Shown here piece by piece: positions 37,248 through 47,703 of a DNA stretch of 64,000 nucleotides (positions are counted from its first letter, which is position 1; every line of letters begins with the position of its first letter). Under the pieces are notes generated by a model that had not been told where the DNA came from, searched no databases, and saw only the letters and a list, made by a program, of their open reading frames with translations. The stretch comes from Candidatus Latescibacterota bacterium. GTDB lineage: Bacteria > Latescibacterota > UBA2968 > UBA8231. Location of the stretch: assembly GCA_965223905.1 (NCBI GenBank), contig CBDCXV010000001.1, positions 1,088,001-1,152,000 of the forward strand. The letters are read 5' to 3'. Both the position numbers and the translations under genes were made by a program.

Positions 37248-38273
37248 TCAGACGAACGTGGCACCGAGTTTAACGTTCGCTCCGGGGTCGGTAGCGATCT
37301 TCGGGTACACTTCGGCGAGGTCGTCGAAGGGAACGACAGGTTGCACGACCGCCTCGGTTTCGATCCCCCCGGAGGCCAGCAGCCGCCAGGCCTCGCCGAT
37401 CAGGCGCTCGTGGCTCCAGTTGGGATGGTCGGGATTCGGGTCGCTGTTGGAGCGGCTGAACAGGAGCCGGGGCCGGTTCATGTGCGCTTCGGCACCGAGG
37501 TCGAGACCAGCTGCATAGGGACCCGGGTAGGCGCCGGCGACCACCGTGCCGTTGTAGGCGACGCTGCGCAGCGCCCCCTGCAGGCCGGAGTGATGGCCGC
37601 TGTACTCGATGCAGACATCGGCGCCGCGTTGTCCGGTCAGCTTCCTGATTTCGAGGCCGGGGTCGCAGGCGGCCGGGTCGAGGGCGACGTCGGCGCCGCA
37701 GGTGCGGGATACCGAACGCCGCAGCTCGAGGGGGTCGACGGCGATGACCGGATGAGCGCCTGCGAGGAGGGCGAACTGCACGACCATCAGCCCGATCGCC
37801 CCCATTCCAAAGACGGCCACGGCGTCGCCCAGGCGGACATGGCCGTCGCGAACGGCGCCCAGTGCGAAATCGGCCGGGTCGAGGCAGACCGCGGCCTGCC
37901 AGGGCAGGCCGTCGGGAAGCCGCCGAACCGTCTCCGGCCAGCAGTGCTCCTCGCGGAACGGCGCGTGTGAGAAGACGCGGTCGCCGACGCTGAGGCGCGT
38001 CGGCCCGGGGCCGAGCTCGACCACCTCGCCGACGCACATGTTGCCGAGAGGACAGGGAAACGGCTCTCTGCCGCCGGCGGGCAGAAAGAGCCGGAGGTCG
38101 CGGTCGTACGAGCCGCGCCCGCGGCCGTAGTCCTTGAAAATCGACATCTCCGTGCCGTGCTTGGCGGCGCCGTACAGGCTTTTCACGCGAACCTGCCCCG
38201 GTCCCGGCGCCTGGCTCTCGTATTCCCTGAACGCCACCTGCTCCCTTGCGGGAGCGTACAACTCCCTCGGCAT
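37248..38273 (-). CDS. Zinc-binding alcohol dehydrogenase (MDR) family protein
   Basis: HGTE, GNMCVGEV, FGMGAIG, AVDP and CIEYSG. Confidence 0.85.
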   Translation of the reverse strand: MPRELYAPAREQVAFREYESQAPGPGQVRVKSLYGAAKHGTEMSIFKDYGRGRGSYDRDLRLFLPAGGREPFPCPLGNMCVGEVVELGPGPTRLSVGDRVFSHAPFREEHCWPETVRRLPDGLPWQAAVCLDPADFALGAVRDGHVRLGDAVAVFGMGAIGLMVVQFALLAGAHPVIAVDPLELRRSVSRTCGADVALDPAACDPGLEIRKLTGQRGADVCIEYSGHHSGLQGALRSVAYNGTVVAGAYPGPYAAGLDLGAEAHMNRPRLLFSRSNSDPNPDHPNWSHERLIGEAWRLLASGGIETEAVVQPVVPFDDLAEVYPKIATDPGANVKLGATFV

Positions 38274-38388
38274 TACCGCGTCTCCCCGTGGAACACCTGT
38301 TCCCGGTGTCAACTGCGAAGGGCGTGCAATATATTGGAGCCCATACCCTTCATCAATCGATCACTCCGACAGCGGAAAGCCCTCTCAC

Positions 38389-39354
38389 ATGACCGATCGC
38401 GTCAAAATCCTGGTCCCCGGCGACGACCCGCGGCAGATCGCCGGATCGCCGCAGCTGGCCCGGATCGAGCCCTACGGAGACGTCACCCTGTACGACAACC
38501 GCCCCGAAACGTCGGCCGAGAAAATCGCCCGGGCCGACGGCTTCGACATCATCATCAACACGCGCGGCGTCGTCGACTGGCGCGAAACCGAGCTGCGCGC
38601 CCTGCCTTCGCTGAAGATGATCGCGACCTGCTCCATAGGGACCGACATGATCGATCTCGAAACCGGCAGGGAATTGAACATCGTCGTCTCGAATCAGCCG
38701 GGCCGCACCGCACCCGTTGTTGCCGAGCACATGTTCGGGCTGATGTTTACGGTGGCCAAGCGGGCGGCTTTTCAAACGAGGGAGATCGCCGAAAATCGCT
38801 GGACGCGGCGGATGAACCTTACGGTTCGGGGGAAGGTTCTCGGCATAGTCGGCACCGGGAACATCGGGGCGGAGATGGCGGCCTTGGGCAACGCCGTCGG
38901 AATGGAGGTGATCGCCTGGACCTTCAACCCCTCCCCGGAACGGGCCGAGCGGCTCGGGGTCCGCTTCGTCGAGTTGCAGGAGCTGCTCGAAGGCGCCGAC
39001 TACGTCAGCATCCACACCGCCCTAAGCGACGCTACGCGCGGGCTGATCGGCCGGATGGAGCTGCAGGCGATGAAGCCTGACGCCGTGATCCTCAACGGGG
39101 CGCGTGGCGCCGTGCTCGATCTCGACGCCCTCGCCGAGATCCTCGCCTCGGGCCACCTCGGCGGCGCCGGGATCGATGTCTTCGAGGAAGAGCCATTTGT
39201 CGCCGACCACCCGATCAAGCAGTGCGAGCAGGTCGTCTTCACTCCCCACGCCGCCGACCAGACCCCCGAGGGGGCCGAGCTGCTCAACGAAGGGGCGGTC
39301 GACAACGTGCTCGCATTTCTCGCAGGGGAGCCGCGGAACAACGCCGCGGCGTGA
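38389..39354 (+). CDS. D-isomer-specific 2-hydroxyacid dehydrogenase
   Basis: VAEH, GIVGTGNIG, LNGARG, DVFEEEP and TPHAA. Confidence 0.9.
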   Translation: MTDRVKILVPGDDPRQIAGSPQLARIEPYGDVTLYDNRPETSAEKIARADGFDIIINTRGVVDWRETELRALPSLKMIATCSIGTDMIDLETGRELNIVVSNQPGRTAPVVAEHMFGLMFTVAKRAAFQTREIAENRWTRRMNLTVRGKVLGIVGTGNIGAEMAALGNAVGMEVIAWTFNPSPERAERLGVRFVELQELLEGADYVSIHTALSDATRGLIGRMELQAMKPDAVILNGARGAVLDLDALAEILASGHLGGAGIDVFEEEPFVADHPIKQCEQVVFTPHAADQTPEGAELLNEGAVDNVLAFLAGEPRNNAAA

Positions 39355-39356
39355 CC

Positions 39357-40193
39357 ATGTTCACTTCGCTGAGCCCGGGAGCCATCGGCGTGAGCGCCAC
39401 CCTCGAAGAGGGGCTGCGGCTGGCGGCCGCGCACCGGTTCGACGGCCTCCACTTCAACATCGCGGAAGCGGCTGCTCTCGGCGCCGGCAGGGTGCGCGAA
39501 CTGTGCGCCGAGACGGGAGTGCGGCTCTCGGCTTTCGGCTTCCCCGTCGACTTCCGCCGCGGCGAGCGGGATTTCGAAAGGGGCCTGGAACGCCTTCCGG
39601 AGCTGGCCGAGGTAGCCGAGCAGCTCGGGGTGGAGCGGACGGCGACCTGGCTCCTTCCCTGGTCCGACGAGCTGCCGTTCGGCGACAACTTCGCCCTTCA
39701 CCGCGACCGCCTGAAGCCGGCGGCGGCGATTCTCGCCGATCGCGGCATCCGCTTCGGTCTCGAGTACGTCGCACCGGACACCATGAGGGACGGCAGGAAG
39801 CACTCCTTCGTGCACACGATGGCCCAGACCCTCGAGCTGTGCGCCGCGGTCGGAGGCAACGCCGGCCTGCTCGCCGACTCGTGGCATTGGTACGCCGCCC
39901 GCGAAACCGCGGACGACCTGCGCTCCCTCACCGCCGGGACGGTCGTCGACGTGCACGTCGACGACGCTCCCGACCTCCCGGTTGAAGCCCAGGAAGACCA
40001 CGTCCGCGCCATGCCGGGGGAAACCGGCGTCATCGACATCGCCGCTTTTCTCGGAGCCCTGGTGGAGATCGGATACGACGGCCCCATGATGGCGGAGCCG
40101 TTCAGCGAGCGGGTCAGGCGCCTCCCCTCGGGGGAAGCCTGCGCGGAGACGATAGCGTCGCTGCGCAAGGTCCGGTCCCTGGCCGGACTGTAG
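39357..40193 (+). CDS. Sugar phosphate isomerase/epimerase (TIM barrel)
   Basis: GLEYV, LLADSWHWY, VHVDDA, RAMPGETG and EPFS. Confidence 0.85.
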   Translation: MFTSLSPGAIGVSATLEEGLRLAAAHRFDGLHFNIAEAAALGAGRVRELCAETGVRLSAFGFPVDFRRGERDFERGLERLPELAEVAEQLGVERTATWLLPWSDELPFGDNFALHRDRLKPAAAILADRGIRFGLEYVAPDTMRDGRKHSFVHTMAQTLELCAAVGGNAGLLADSWHWYAARETADDLRSLTAGTVVDVHVDDAPDLPVEAQEDHVRAMPGETGVIDIAAFLGALVEIGYDGPMMAEPFSERVRRLPSGEACAETIASLRKVRSLAGL

Positions 40194-40194
40194 A

Positions 40195-41376
40195 ATGGCC
40201 GTACGGGTCGCCCACATAACACCGACGGACCGCATCGCCTGCCTGATGATGCGCACCCGGCTCTCCCACCTGCGCGACGCCGGGTACGAGGTCAGCGTCA
40301 TCTGCGGCCGCTCTCCCGAAGGCGCCTGGGGCGAAGAGCTGAGCGCCCAGGGGCTGGAGGTGATCCACGTTCCCTTCGCCCGGGAAATCGCCCCGTTTAC
40401 GGACGCGCGCTGCAGCCTGGGGCTGTACCGCGCCATCCGCCGGGGCGGCTTCGACATCGTGCACTCGCACAATCCGAAGGGGGGACTGCTCGGTCCGGTG
40501 GCCGGGAAACTGGCGCGCGGGCCGGTCGTCCTTCATACCGTGCACGGTTTCCTGTTCAACGAGAACGCGGCGGGAATGCGCCGGGGCATGGCCTTCGGCG
40601 CCGAGCGCTGGACCGCGGCCTGGTGCGACCACCTGCTGTTCCAGAGCGAAGAGGATTTCGCCTACGCCCGCGACCACAGGTTCAAACCGGAGGACAGGCT
40701 GCATCTCGAGGGGAACGGCATCGACGAGACCCGCTTCGACCCGCGGCTCTACCCCGAAGCGCGCCGCGAGAAGCGGCGCGAGCTGGGGTTGGAGGATGCC
40801 GACCTCGTCGTCGGGATGGTCGGGCGCCTGGTGGAGGAGAAGGGGTACCGGGAGTTCTTCGAGATGGCCGGCCGGCTGGCCAGGTCCAGGGAGGAGGTGC
40901 GCTTCCTCAACGTCGGGATCGCGGAACCGGAGCAGTCCGACGCCATCGATCCACATCTCCTTGCCCGGCAGCACGGCCTCGACGGCAAATGCGTGCTCCT
41001 GGACCGGCGCCGCGACATGCCGGAGCTCTACCTGGCGATGGACGTAGCCGTCCTGCCCTCGCACAGGGAGGGGATTCCGCGGGCGCTGATGGAAGCCGCG
41101 GCCATGGGGGTTCCTGGCGCGGCCACCGACATACGGGGCACGCGCGAGGTGATCGAAGACGGGATCACCGGGCTGCTGTTCCCGCTGCGGGACGTCGACC
41201 GCTTCCTCGACTGCGTCGACCGCCTGCTGCAGGACGGCGAGTTGAGACGGCGGATGGGCCGGGCGGCGCGGCAGCGGGTGCTCGGAAAATACACCGAGAC
41301 CGCCACTTCCCGGCGGCTGCAGCGCTGTTACCGTGAGATACTCGACAGGAAACATGGGCGCGCCCTGCGCGCATGA
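40195..41376 (+). CDS. Glycosyltransferase family 4
   Basis: HSHNPKGG, HTVHG, NGID, VGRLVEEKG and PSHREGIPRALMEA. Confidence 0.92.
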   Translation: MAVRVAHITPTDRIACLMMRTRLSHLRDAGYEVSVICGRSPEGAWGEELSAQGLEVIHVPFAREIAPFTDARCSLGLYRAIRRGGFDIVHSHNPKGGLLGPVAGKLARGPVVLHTVHGFLFNENAAGMRRGMAFGAERWTAAWCDHLLFQSEEDFAYARDHRFKPEDRLHLEGNGIDETRFDPRLYPEARREKRRELGLEDADLVVGMVGRLVEEKGYREFFEMAGRLARSREEVRFLNVGIAEPEQSDAIDPHLLARQHGLDGKCVLLDRRRDMPELYLAMDVAVLPSHREGIPRALMEAAAMGVPGAATDIRGTREVIEDGITGLLFPLRDVDRFLDCVDRLLQDGELRRRMGRAARQRVLGKYTETATSRRLQRCYREILDRKHGRALRA

Positions 41377-41386
41377 GGAGAAAGAG

Positions 41387-42619
<1,233 letters not shown>

Positions 42620-42622
42620 TCG

Positions 42623-43711
42623 CTACTGCTGCACCCCTGCCTTCACCTCGCGCTCGAAAGCCTCGATCTCCTGCATGCCGTCGAGGACTCCGATCTCGAT
42701 GTGAAAGTCGCGCACCGCGCCCGGCTCGATGTGCTCCAGGGTCTGGTGCTTCCTGTTCCAGGCGCGCCCGAGGACGCTGCAGTTTCCCGGCTCGACGCCG
42801 GTGACGAAGGTGCCGCGGTGGAAGTGCTGCCACTGGTTGACGATCGGTATTTCCCGCTGCGGAAACTTCCAGTACAACCCCAGCTCCAGACCCTCGTTGA
42901 TCAGGCCGACATGGATGTCGCCGTCGCGGTCCGCAAGCGGCCTGTGGACGTACACGTCGTCGTGCATCTCCGCCTTCGGCTCCGTGACCAGACTGTATTC
43001 CTCCGGCCCGACCTCCTGGTCGTTCTCCCACTCGGTGCTCTGGCGCGAATGCAGCACCAGGCGGGTGCCGGCGTCTAGCAGCGGCCAGCCGGGATTGGTG
43101 TGGTAGACGACCATCAGCGGCGCCGGGTCCACTCCCATGTTCTCGACGCGGTCGTGTATGCGAATCGACTTTTCGCCGAGCACGGTCGACACCTCGCGGG
43201 ACATCTCGAGGCAGTGCCCGAACATGATGGTCTCCCGCATCCTGCCGCTGGCGCGAACGACGTATTCTTCATCCTCCCAGGAACCGCCGGCGACGACCTG
43301 CTTGGCTGGGATGTACGACAGGCGGCCGTGCAGGCCGAGCTCCTCGTCCTCGGCCTCCGGATCGGTCTCGGGGTGTCCTACGAAGGTCAACCCGCAGGTG
43401 GTCAGCAGTCCGAGATAGGAACCGCGCATCCAGTTGAATCCATCCGGCTCGTAGAACGCCGGCCCGACGTCCCCGGTCTTGGAGCGGAAACAGAGCGACA
43501 TCCCCTTGTACGATGCCGAGGCGATATCGAGGGCGCGCCCGGGAAGCAGTGTGAAGCTGAGACCGGAGGCGTTCGCAATCTCGATCAGGTCGGCGCCGCG
43601 CTCGTTCCCTTCGACGAGCTCCGCCCGCCTCACGCCGGCCACCTGGCTCATGTCGCCGACGAGGTCGAGAACCTGCTGCTTCGTGTAGTTCCGTCCGTAC
43701 AGTCTGGGCAT
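42623..43711 (-). CDS. Aldose 1-epimerase-like DUF4432 family protein
   Basis: GRALDI, GLLTTCGL, LHGRLSYIP, YHTNPGWPLL and GVEPGN. Confidence 0.85.
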   Translation of the reverse strand: MPRLYGRNYTKQQVLDLVGDMSQVAGVRRAELVEGNERGADLIEIANASGLSFTLLPGRALDIASASYKGMSLCFRSKTGDVGPAFYEPDGFNWMRGSYLGLLTTCGLTFVGHPETDPEAEDEELGLHGRLSYIPAKQVVAGGSWEDEEYVVRASGRMRETIMFGHCLEMSREVSTVLGEKSIRIHDRVENMGVDPAPLMVVYHTNPGWPLLDAGTRLVLHSRQSTEWENDQEVGPEEYSLVTEPKAEMHDDVYVHRPLADRDGDIHVGLINEGLELGLYWKFPQREIPIVNQWQHFHRGTFVTGVEPGNCSVLGRAWNRKHQTLEHIEPGAVRDFHIEIGVLDGMQEIEAFEREVKAGVQQ

Positions 43712-44012
43712 CCGCAACCGCTCCTGGATAATGTGTGCTGTGGGACCGGGGGCCGAAGATAGGGCGGCGGCAACAGGCTACACAAGCAGCCCGGAACGCG
43801 TTCGGGAGACGCCCAGGAACCCGCGCCGGCACCCTCGGCAGGCCCGAATCCGCCGGTTCCAAAGGGGCTTCCCAGGCTTGACGAGCCGCGCCGGCCCCCG
43901 GCTTATTGCACCGCCTCGCCGCGGCGTTGGGGGCGCCGCGGGACTCGCAGGTTTCCCGCGCTCCTTCCCACCTCGCCCGCCTTTCTGTTATGAACGCAAA
44001 TGGGAAAAGAAG

Positions 44013-44735
44013 GTGACCAACGCCATCCTGATGACGGCGACCTCCGCGGAGCAGAGGCTGCTCGCCGGTGAGATCGACGGGGTGCGCCATCGAGTGGGGG
44101 GGCGCCCTTGGCACAGCGGCCGCCTGCGGGGCAGGTACGTCCACCTGATCGAGGGGGGTCTGGGAGCGGTCAATACCGCCCAGGCATTGACCTGCGCCCT
44201 CCAGGCCGACCTGCCGGATCTCGTCCTCCAGGTGGGGGTCGGCGGGGGATATCCGCACACCTCCCTCCGCATCGGGGACGTCGCCCTCGCCAGCGAGGAG
44301 GTGTACGGCGACCTCGGGGTGCGCACCGGGGCGGGTTGGCAGTCCTGCGAGCTAATCGGCATTCCGGTCTGGCGCGACGGCAAAGGAGAGATCTTCAATC
44401 GCTTCGAGCTCGATGCCGAGTTGGTCTCGCATGCCCGCGCCGCCGTCGCCGCCGAGGCGCGGGAGCCCGCGGTGGGCGCTTTCGTCACGGTTCAGGAATG
44501 CAGCGGCAGCGCCGAGCTCGGCAGGGAGCGGGGCCTGCGCTTCGAGGCCCTGTGCGAGAACATGGAAGGGGCCGCGGCAGCCCATGTCTGCGCGATCTAC
44601 GGGGTGCCGTTCCTCGAGATACGCGGCATCAGCAACCGGGTCGAGGACCGCGACATTGGCAGCTGGGACATTCCCCTGGCGGCGACGGCCGCCCAGTCGG
44701 CGGCCCTGCTGGTTCTGGAGAAGCTGGAGCTGTGA
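44013..44735 (+). CDS. mqnB: Futalosine hydrolase
   Basis: Nucleoside phosphorylase fold (GLGAVNTA, GVGGGY, YGDLG, ENMEGAAAA, EIRGISNRVEDRD..W); overlaps mqnD by 4 bp. Confidence 0.85.
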   Translation: MTNAILMTATSAEQRLLAGEIDGVRHRVGGRPWHSGRLRGRYVHLIEGGLGAVNTAQALTCALQADLPDLVLQVGVGGGYPHTSLRIGDVALASEEVYGDLGVRTGAGWQSCELIGIPVWRDGKGEIFNRFELDAELVSHARAAVAAEAREPAVGAFVTVQECSGSAELGRERGLRFEALCENMEGAAAAHVCAIYGVPFLEIRGISNRVEDRDIGSWDIPLAATAAQSAALLVLEKLEL

Positions 44736-45565
44736 GCGTGCCGGCGTTTTCCCTGGGGTATTCCCCCTGCCCGAACGACACCTTCATCTTCTACGCCCTG
44801 GCGCGCGATCGCCTGCCCGGGGCGCCGCGGTTCCGCGAGATCCTCGAGGACATCGAGACCCTGAACAGGATGGCGGGGCGCTCCGAGCTCGACGTCGTCA
44901 AGGTCTCCTTCCACGCCCTCGCCCACCTCCTCGACGACTACTGCCTGCTGCGCTCCGGCGGAGCCCTGGGCCGCGGCTGCGGTCCCCTGGTGGTAGCGAA
45001 GGAGGAGATCCCCCCCGCAGAGCTCGGAAGCAGGCGCATCGCGATTCCCGGTGAGCTGACCACGGCGGCGCTGTTGGTGCGGCTGTTCGCGCCGGACCTG
45101 TCCGAGCCCGCTATCCTGCCGTTTCACGAGATCATGCCGGCGGTGAGAGCCGGCCGCGTCGATGCCGGCGTCATCATCCACGAAAGCCGTTTCACCTATC
45201 CGGACTACGGGTTGCGGCAGGTCGTCGACCTCGGCCAGTGGTGGGAGCAGGAGAGCGGCCACCCCATCCCGCTCGGCGGCATCGCGGCGCGGCGGGCATT
45301 GGGACAGGAGTCGATCGTCGAGATCGACCGCAGCCTGCGCCGAAGCGTCGAATACGCCTGGGCCCATCCGGAGGAGACGCGGGACTACGTCGCCGAGCAC
45401 GCGCAGGAGATGGATCGCGCGGTGATGGAATCGCACATAAGCCTGTACGTCAACGACTTCACCCTCGACTACGGAAGCGAGGGGACCGCGGCGATCGAGG
45501 AGCTGATGCGCCGGGCCGCGGAAGCCGGCATCGTTGCGGCAAAGGGCAGACGGTTGTTTGCCTGA
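44732..45565 (+). CDS. mqnD: 1,4-dihydroxy-6-naphthoate synthase
   Basis: SPCPNDTFIF, GALGRGCGPL, IIHESRFTY, PIPLGGI and HISLYVN. Confidence 0.93.
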   Translation: MSVPAFSLGYSPCPNDTFIFYALARDRLPGAPRFREILEDIETLNRMAGRSELDVVKVSFHALAHLLDDYCLLRSGGALGRGCGPLVVAKEEIPPAELGSRRIAIPGELTTAALLVRLFAPDLSEPAILPFHEIMPAVRAGRVDAGVIIHESRFTYPDYGLRQVVDLGQWWEQESGHPIPLGGIAARRALGQESIVEIDRSLRRSVEYAWAHPEETRDYVAEHAQEMDRAVMESHISLYVNDFTLDYGSEGTAAIEELMRRAAEAGIVAAKGRRLFA

Positions 45566-45657
45566 GTTGCGAGAGACAGGTGGAGGTGCCTGGAACGATT
45601 GTCAAGGGCCCGACGGGCGCCCGGAAGGGAGGTTGCGATGGGATGGCCGGTACGCCG

Positions 45658-46621
45658 CTATTCCAACTCCAGGGAGGCTTTGATTCGGCCCCAGGAAACC
45701 GCCTCGATCGCGCTGTCTTCCGGTTCCGGGGCGGCGGACAGCAGTATCCCATCGAGAAACCCATCCGCCTGCTGGAGGATTATGTCAACATGTTCCAGGC
45801 CTTCAGGTAAGAAGACACTGCTTCCATGGGGTGGGGGGGGGTGGGTCATGGTCCGAAACCAAAATCCCGAAACCGATGATCTGTCCCGCTGCCAGATCGC
45901 TTACCGCGTTCTCGACGGGGCTATGCCATCCCTCCACGGGGCTATACCATCCCTCCCAGCGGTCGAACGGGGTAACGTAGAGTTCGATGACGCTGATGAC
46001 GGGCGTTTCTCCGGCGACGCTACCGCCCCCCTCTCCGTAGGGAGGCTGGGCCATCCAGGCGCCCGCTTCCGTAGCGTATGTGAGCATACCAACATCCAAG
46101 GTTAAGGTTGAGCCACTGGCGGTGCGGGCGGCGGCGTAATATCCCTGGGTCTGCCCAACAAGCTCGAGCCACTCCTCATGAGAGTGTCCCCCTTGGCCTG
46201 CGCCCCTCCCTCCGCTGTGATCCCCGTCGATTGCCAGCTCGATGCTGTCCCCGTCCCCGCTTCGTAAGGCCACATCGTAGTCATGGGTGTTCTCGTACAC
46301 GTCATCGCTGGCCACGAAAGCTACGTAGAAGCGGGCTGGCTCTCCGTGCCAGGCCAGCCAGATCCAGAAATCCAGAGTGGAAGGATCCGGTGGAGCGTGC
46401 TCGCCTGTTTTCCTGAAATCCAGCGCCGTCATGGCGGGCTCGCCGAGCAACTCAATCCACTCGTCTATCGATCCATCGATCCGGATCCCGGCCAGCATCT
46501 CGTCGGTCAACTCGAAAACCGGGTACAGGCGATCGCCGACGTGGGCTCCGGCCAACAGCGGCAGCCAAAAGAGCATGCCGAGGGCGGCGCCCCATTGCTT
46601 TGAGATCCGCAAACGGGTCAA
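45658..46621 (-). pseudogene. Secreted CBM9/DOMON-like protein with SWGRIK C-terminal motif, frameshifted at a G9 tract
   Basis: Signal peptide followed by HVGDRLYP...IDGSIDEW...DSIELAIDGDHSGG in one frame, which stops at 45803. The tail ...DSAIEAVSWGRIKASLELE is in another frame. Removing one base from G9 (45833-45841) joins them. Start uncertain (TTG 46621 or 46612). Confidence 0.7.
45915..45956. repeat. 21-bp in-frame tandem duplication (1 mismatch)
   Basis: ACGGGGCTATGCCATCCCTCC / ACGGGGCTATACCATCCCTCC, encoding EGWYSPV-EGWHSPV. Confidence 0.9.
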
Positions 46622-46675
46622 TTTGTTCTCTCTCTGCGGTAAGGATATGGACTTCCCGCTAAAGGAGATGCCAAA

Positions 46676-47701
46676 ATGAGATTGATTCAGTACCGACACG
46701 CCGGCGGCGACGATCGCGTCGGCGCCATCGACGGCGATTGTGTCATCGATCTGACCGGCGACGACGGACCGGCGACCCTCTACGGCATCTACTACGATTG
46801 CGGCGGCGACGCCGACGGTTTCGAAACCGCAGTCTCCAGACTCCTCGAAAAATCCTCAAGCTCGTCTCTGATGTTGTCCGAGCTCCTCGCCGGTCGCAAA
46901 GGGGAGGGGGTACCCTACCCGATCAAACCGGCCAGCGGACCTGCGGAAGATCCCCACGCCCTGCGTATCTGGCTGGCAGGGGTCACCCACGAAGACAGCG
47001 CCAGGCTCCGCGAGATCGAAGCCAAGCAGGCCACCGGGGATCAGGTCAACGTGTACGAACAGAAGTACCGCGAATGCGCCGCCGGCGGGCGGCCCGAGCT
47101 GTTTGCCAAGGGGGACCCAGACAGCGTCGTCGGCCACGGCCAGACCCTCACCCGGCCGCCGGACACAGAGCGCCTCGTTCCCGAGACCGAGCTGGTGAGC
47201 GTGTACGGCCTCAACCAGCGCGGCGAGCTCGAGCGCCTGGGATACACCGGCGGCAACGACGCCACCGACAACGGCATCGAGGCGGCCAACCCCCTGAACC
47301 TGCCGCAGGCCAAGAACTGGGCCGGCGGCTGCGCCAGCTTCGGCCCTCTCCTGGTAACCGCCTCGGAGTTCGACGACGGGGACGTCGCGGTCAACTGCGA
47401 GATCATCCGCGACGGCCGCCGCGCCGGCTTCAAGGAGGGCGGTACCGGCCAGGAAAACCTCAACATGCCGGAGGGGCTGTATCACATGGAGCGGTCGCTG
47501 TTCAGCCGCATTCCGCTGAAGCCCCGGCAGCTGCAGGTGCTCTACTGGGGTACGCCGATCGTGTTTGCCGAAGCCGACCTCGCCGCCGGCCTCGTCGCCG
47601 GCGACATCGTGCGCATGAGCTTTTCGGGGATCGGCACCCTGGAGAACTCGATCGCCGACCTGCCGGAGACGGGTCAGCTGGAAGCGCTGAGACCGGGCTG
47701 A
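46676..47701 (+). CDS. Fumarylacetoacetate hydrolase family protein (2-keto-3-deoxy-pentonate dehydratase-like)
   Basis: WLAGVTH, RPELFAK, VPETEL, GYTGGND, IEAANPLNLPQAK and CASFGP. Confidence 0.8.
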   Translation: MRLIQYRHAGGDDRVGAIDGDCVIDLTGDDGPATLYGIYYDCGGDADGFETAVSRLLEKSSSSSLMLSELLAGRKGEGVPYPIKPASGPAEDPHALRIWLAGVTHEDSARLREIEAKQATGDQVNVYEQKYRECAAGGRPELFAKGDPDSVVGHGQTLTRPPDTERLVPETELVSVYGLNQRGELERLGYTGGNDATDNGIEAANPLNLPQAKNWAGGCASFGPLLVTASEFDDGDVAVNCEIIRDGRRAGFKEGGTGQENLNMPEGLYHMERSLFSRIPLKPRQLQVLYWGTPIVFAEADLAAGLVAGDIVRMSFSGIGTLENSIADLPETGQLEALRPG

Positions 47702-47703
47702 AA

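Noticed and set aside
43712-44012. 300-bp GC-rich intergenic region before mqnB as a riboswitch or an N-terminal extension of MqnB
   Set aside because: I recognised no riboswitch consensus, and the extended ORF is low-complexity Arg/Pro sequence that does not fit the fold.
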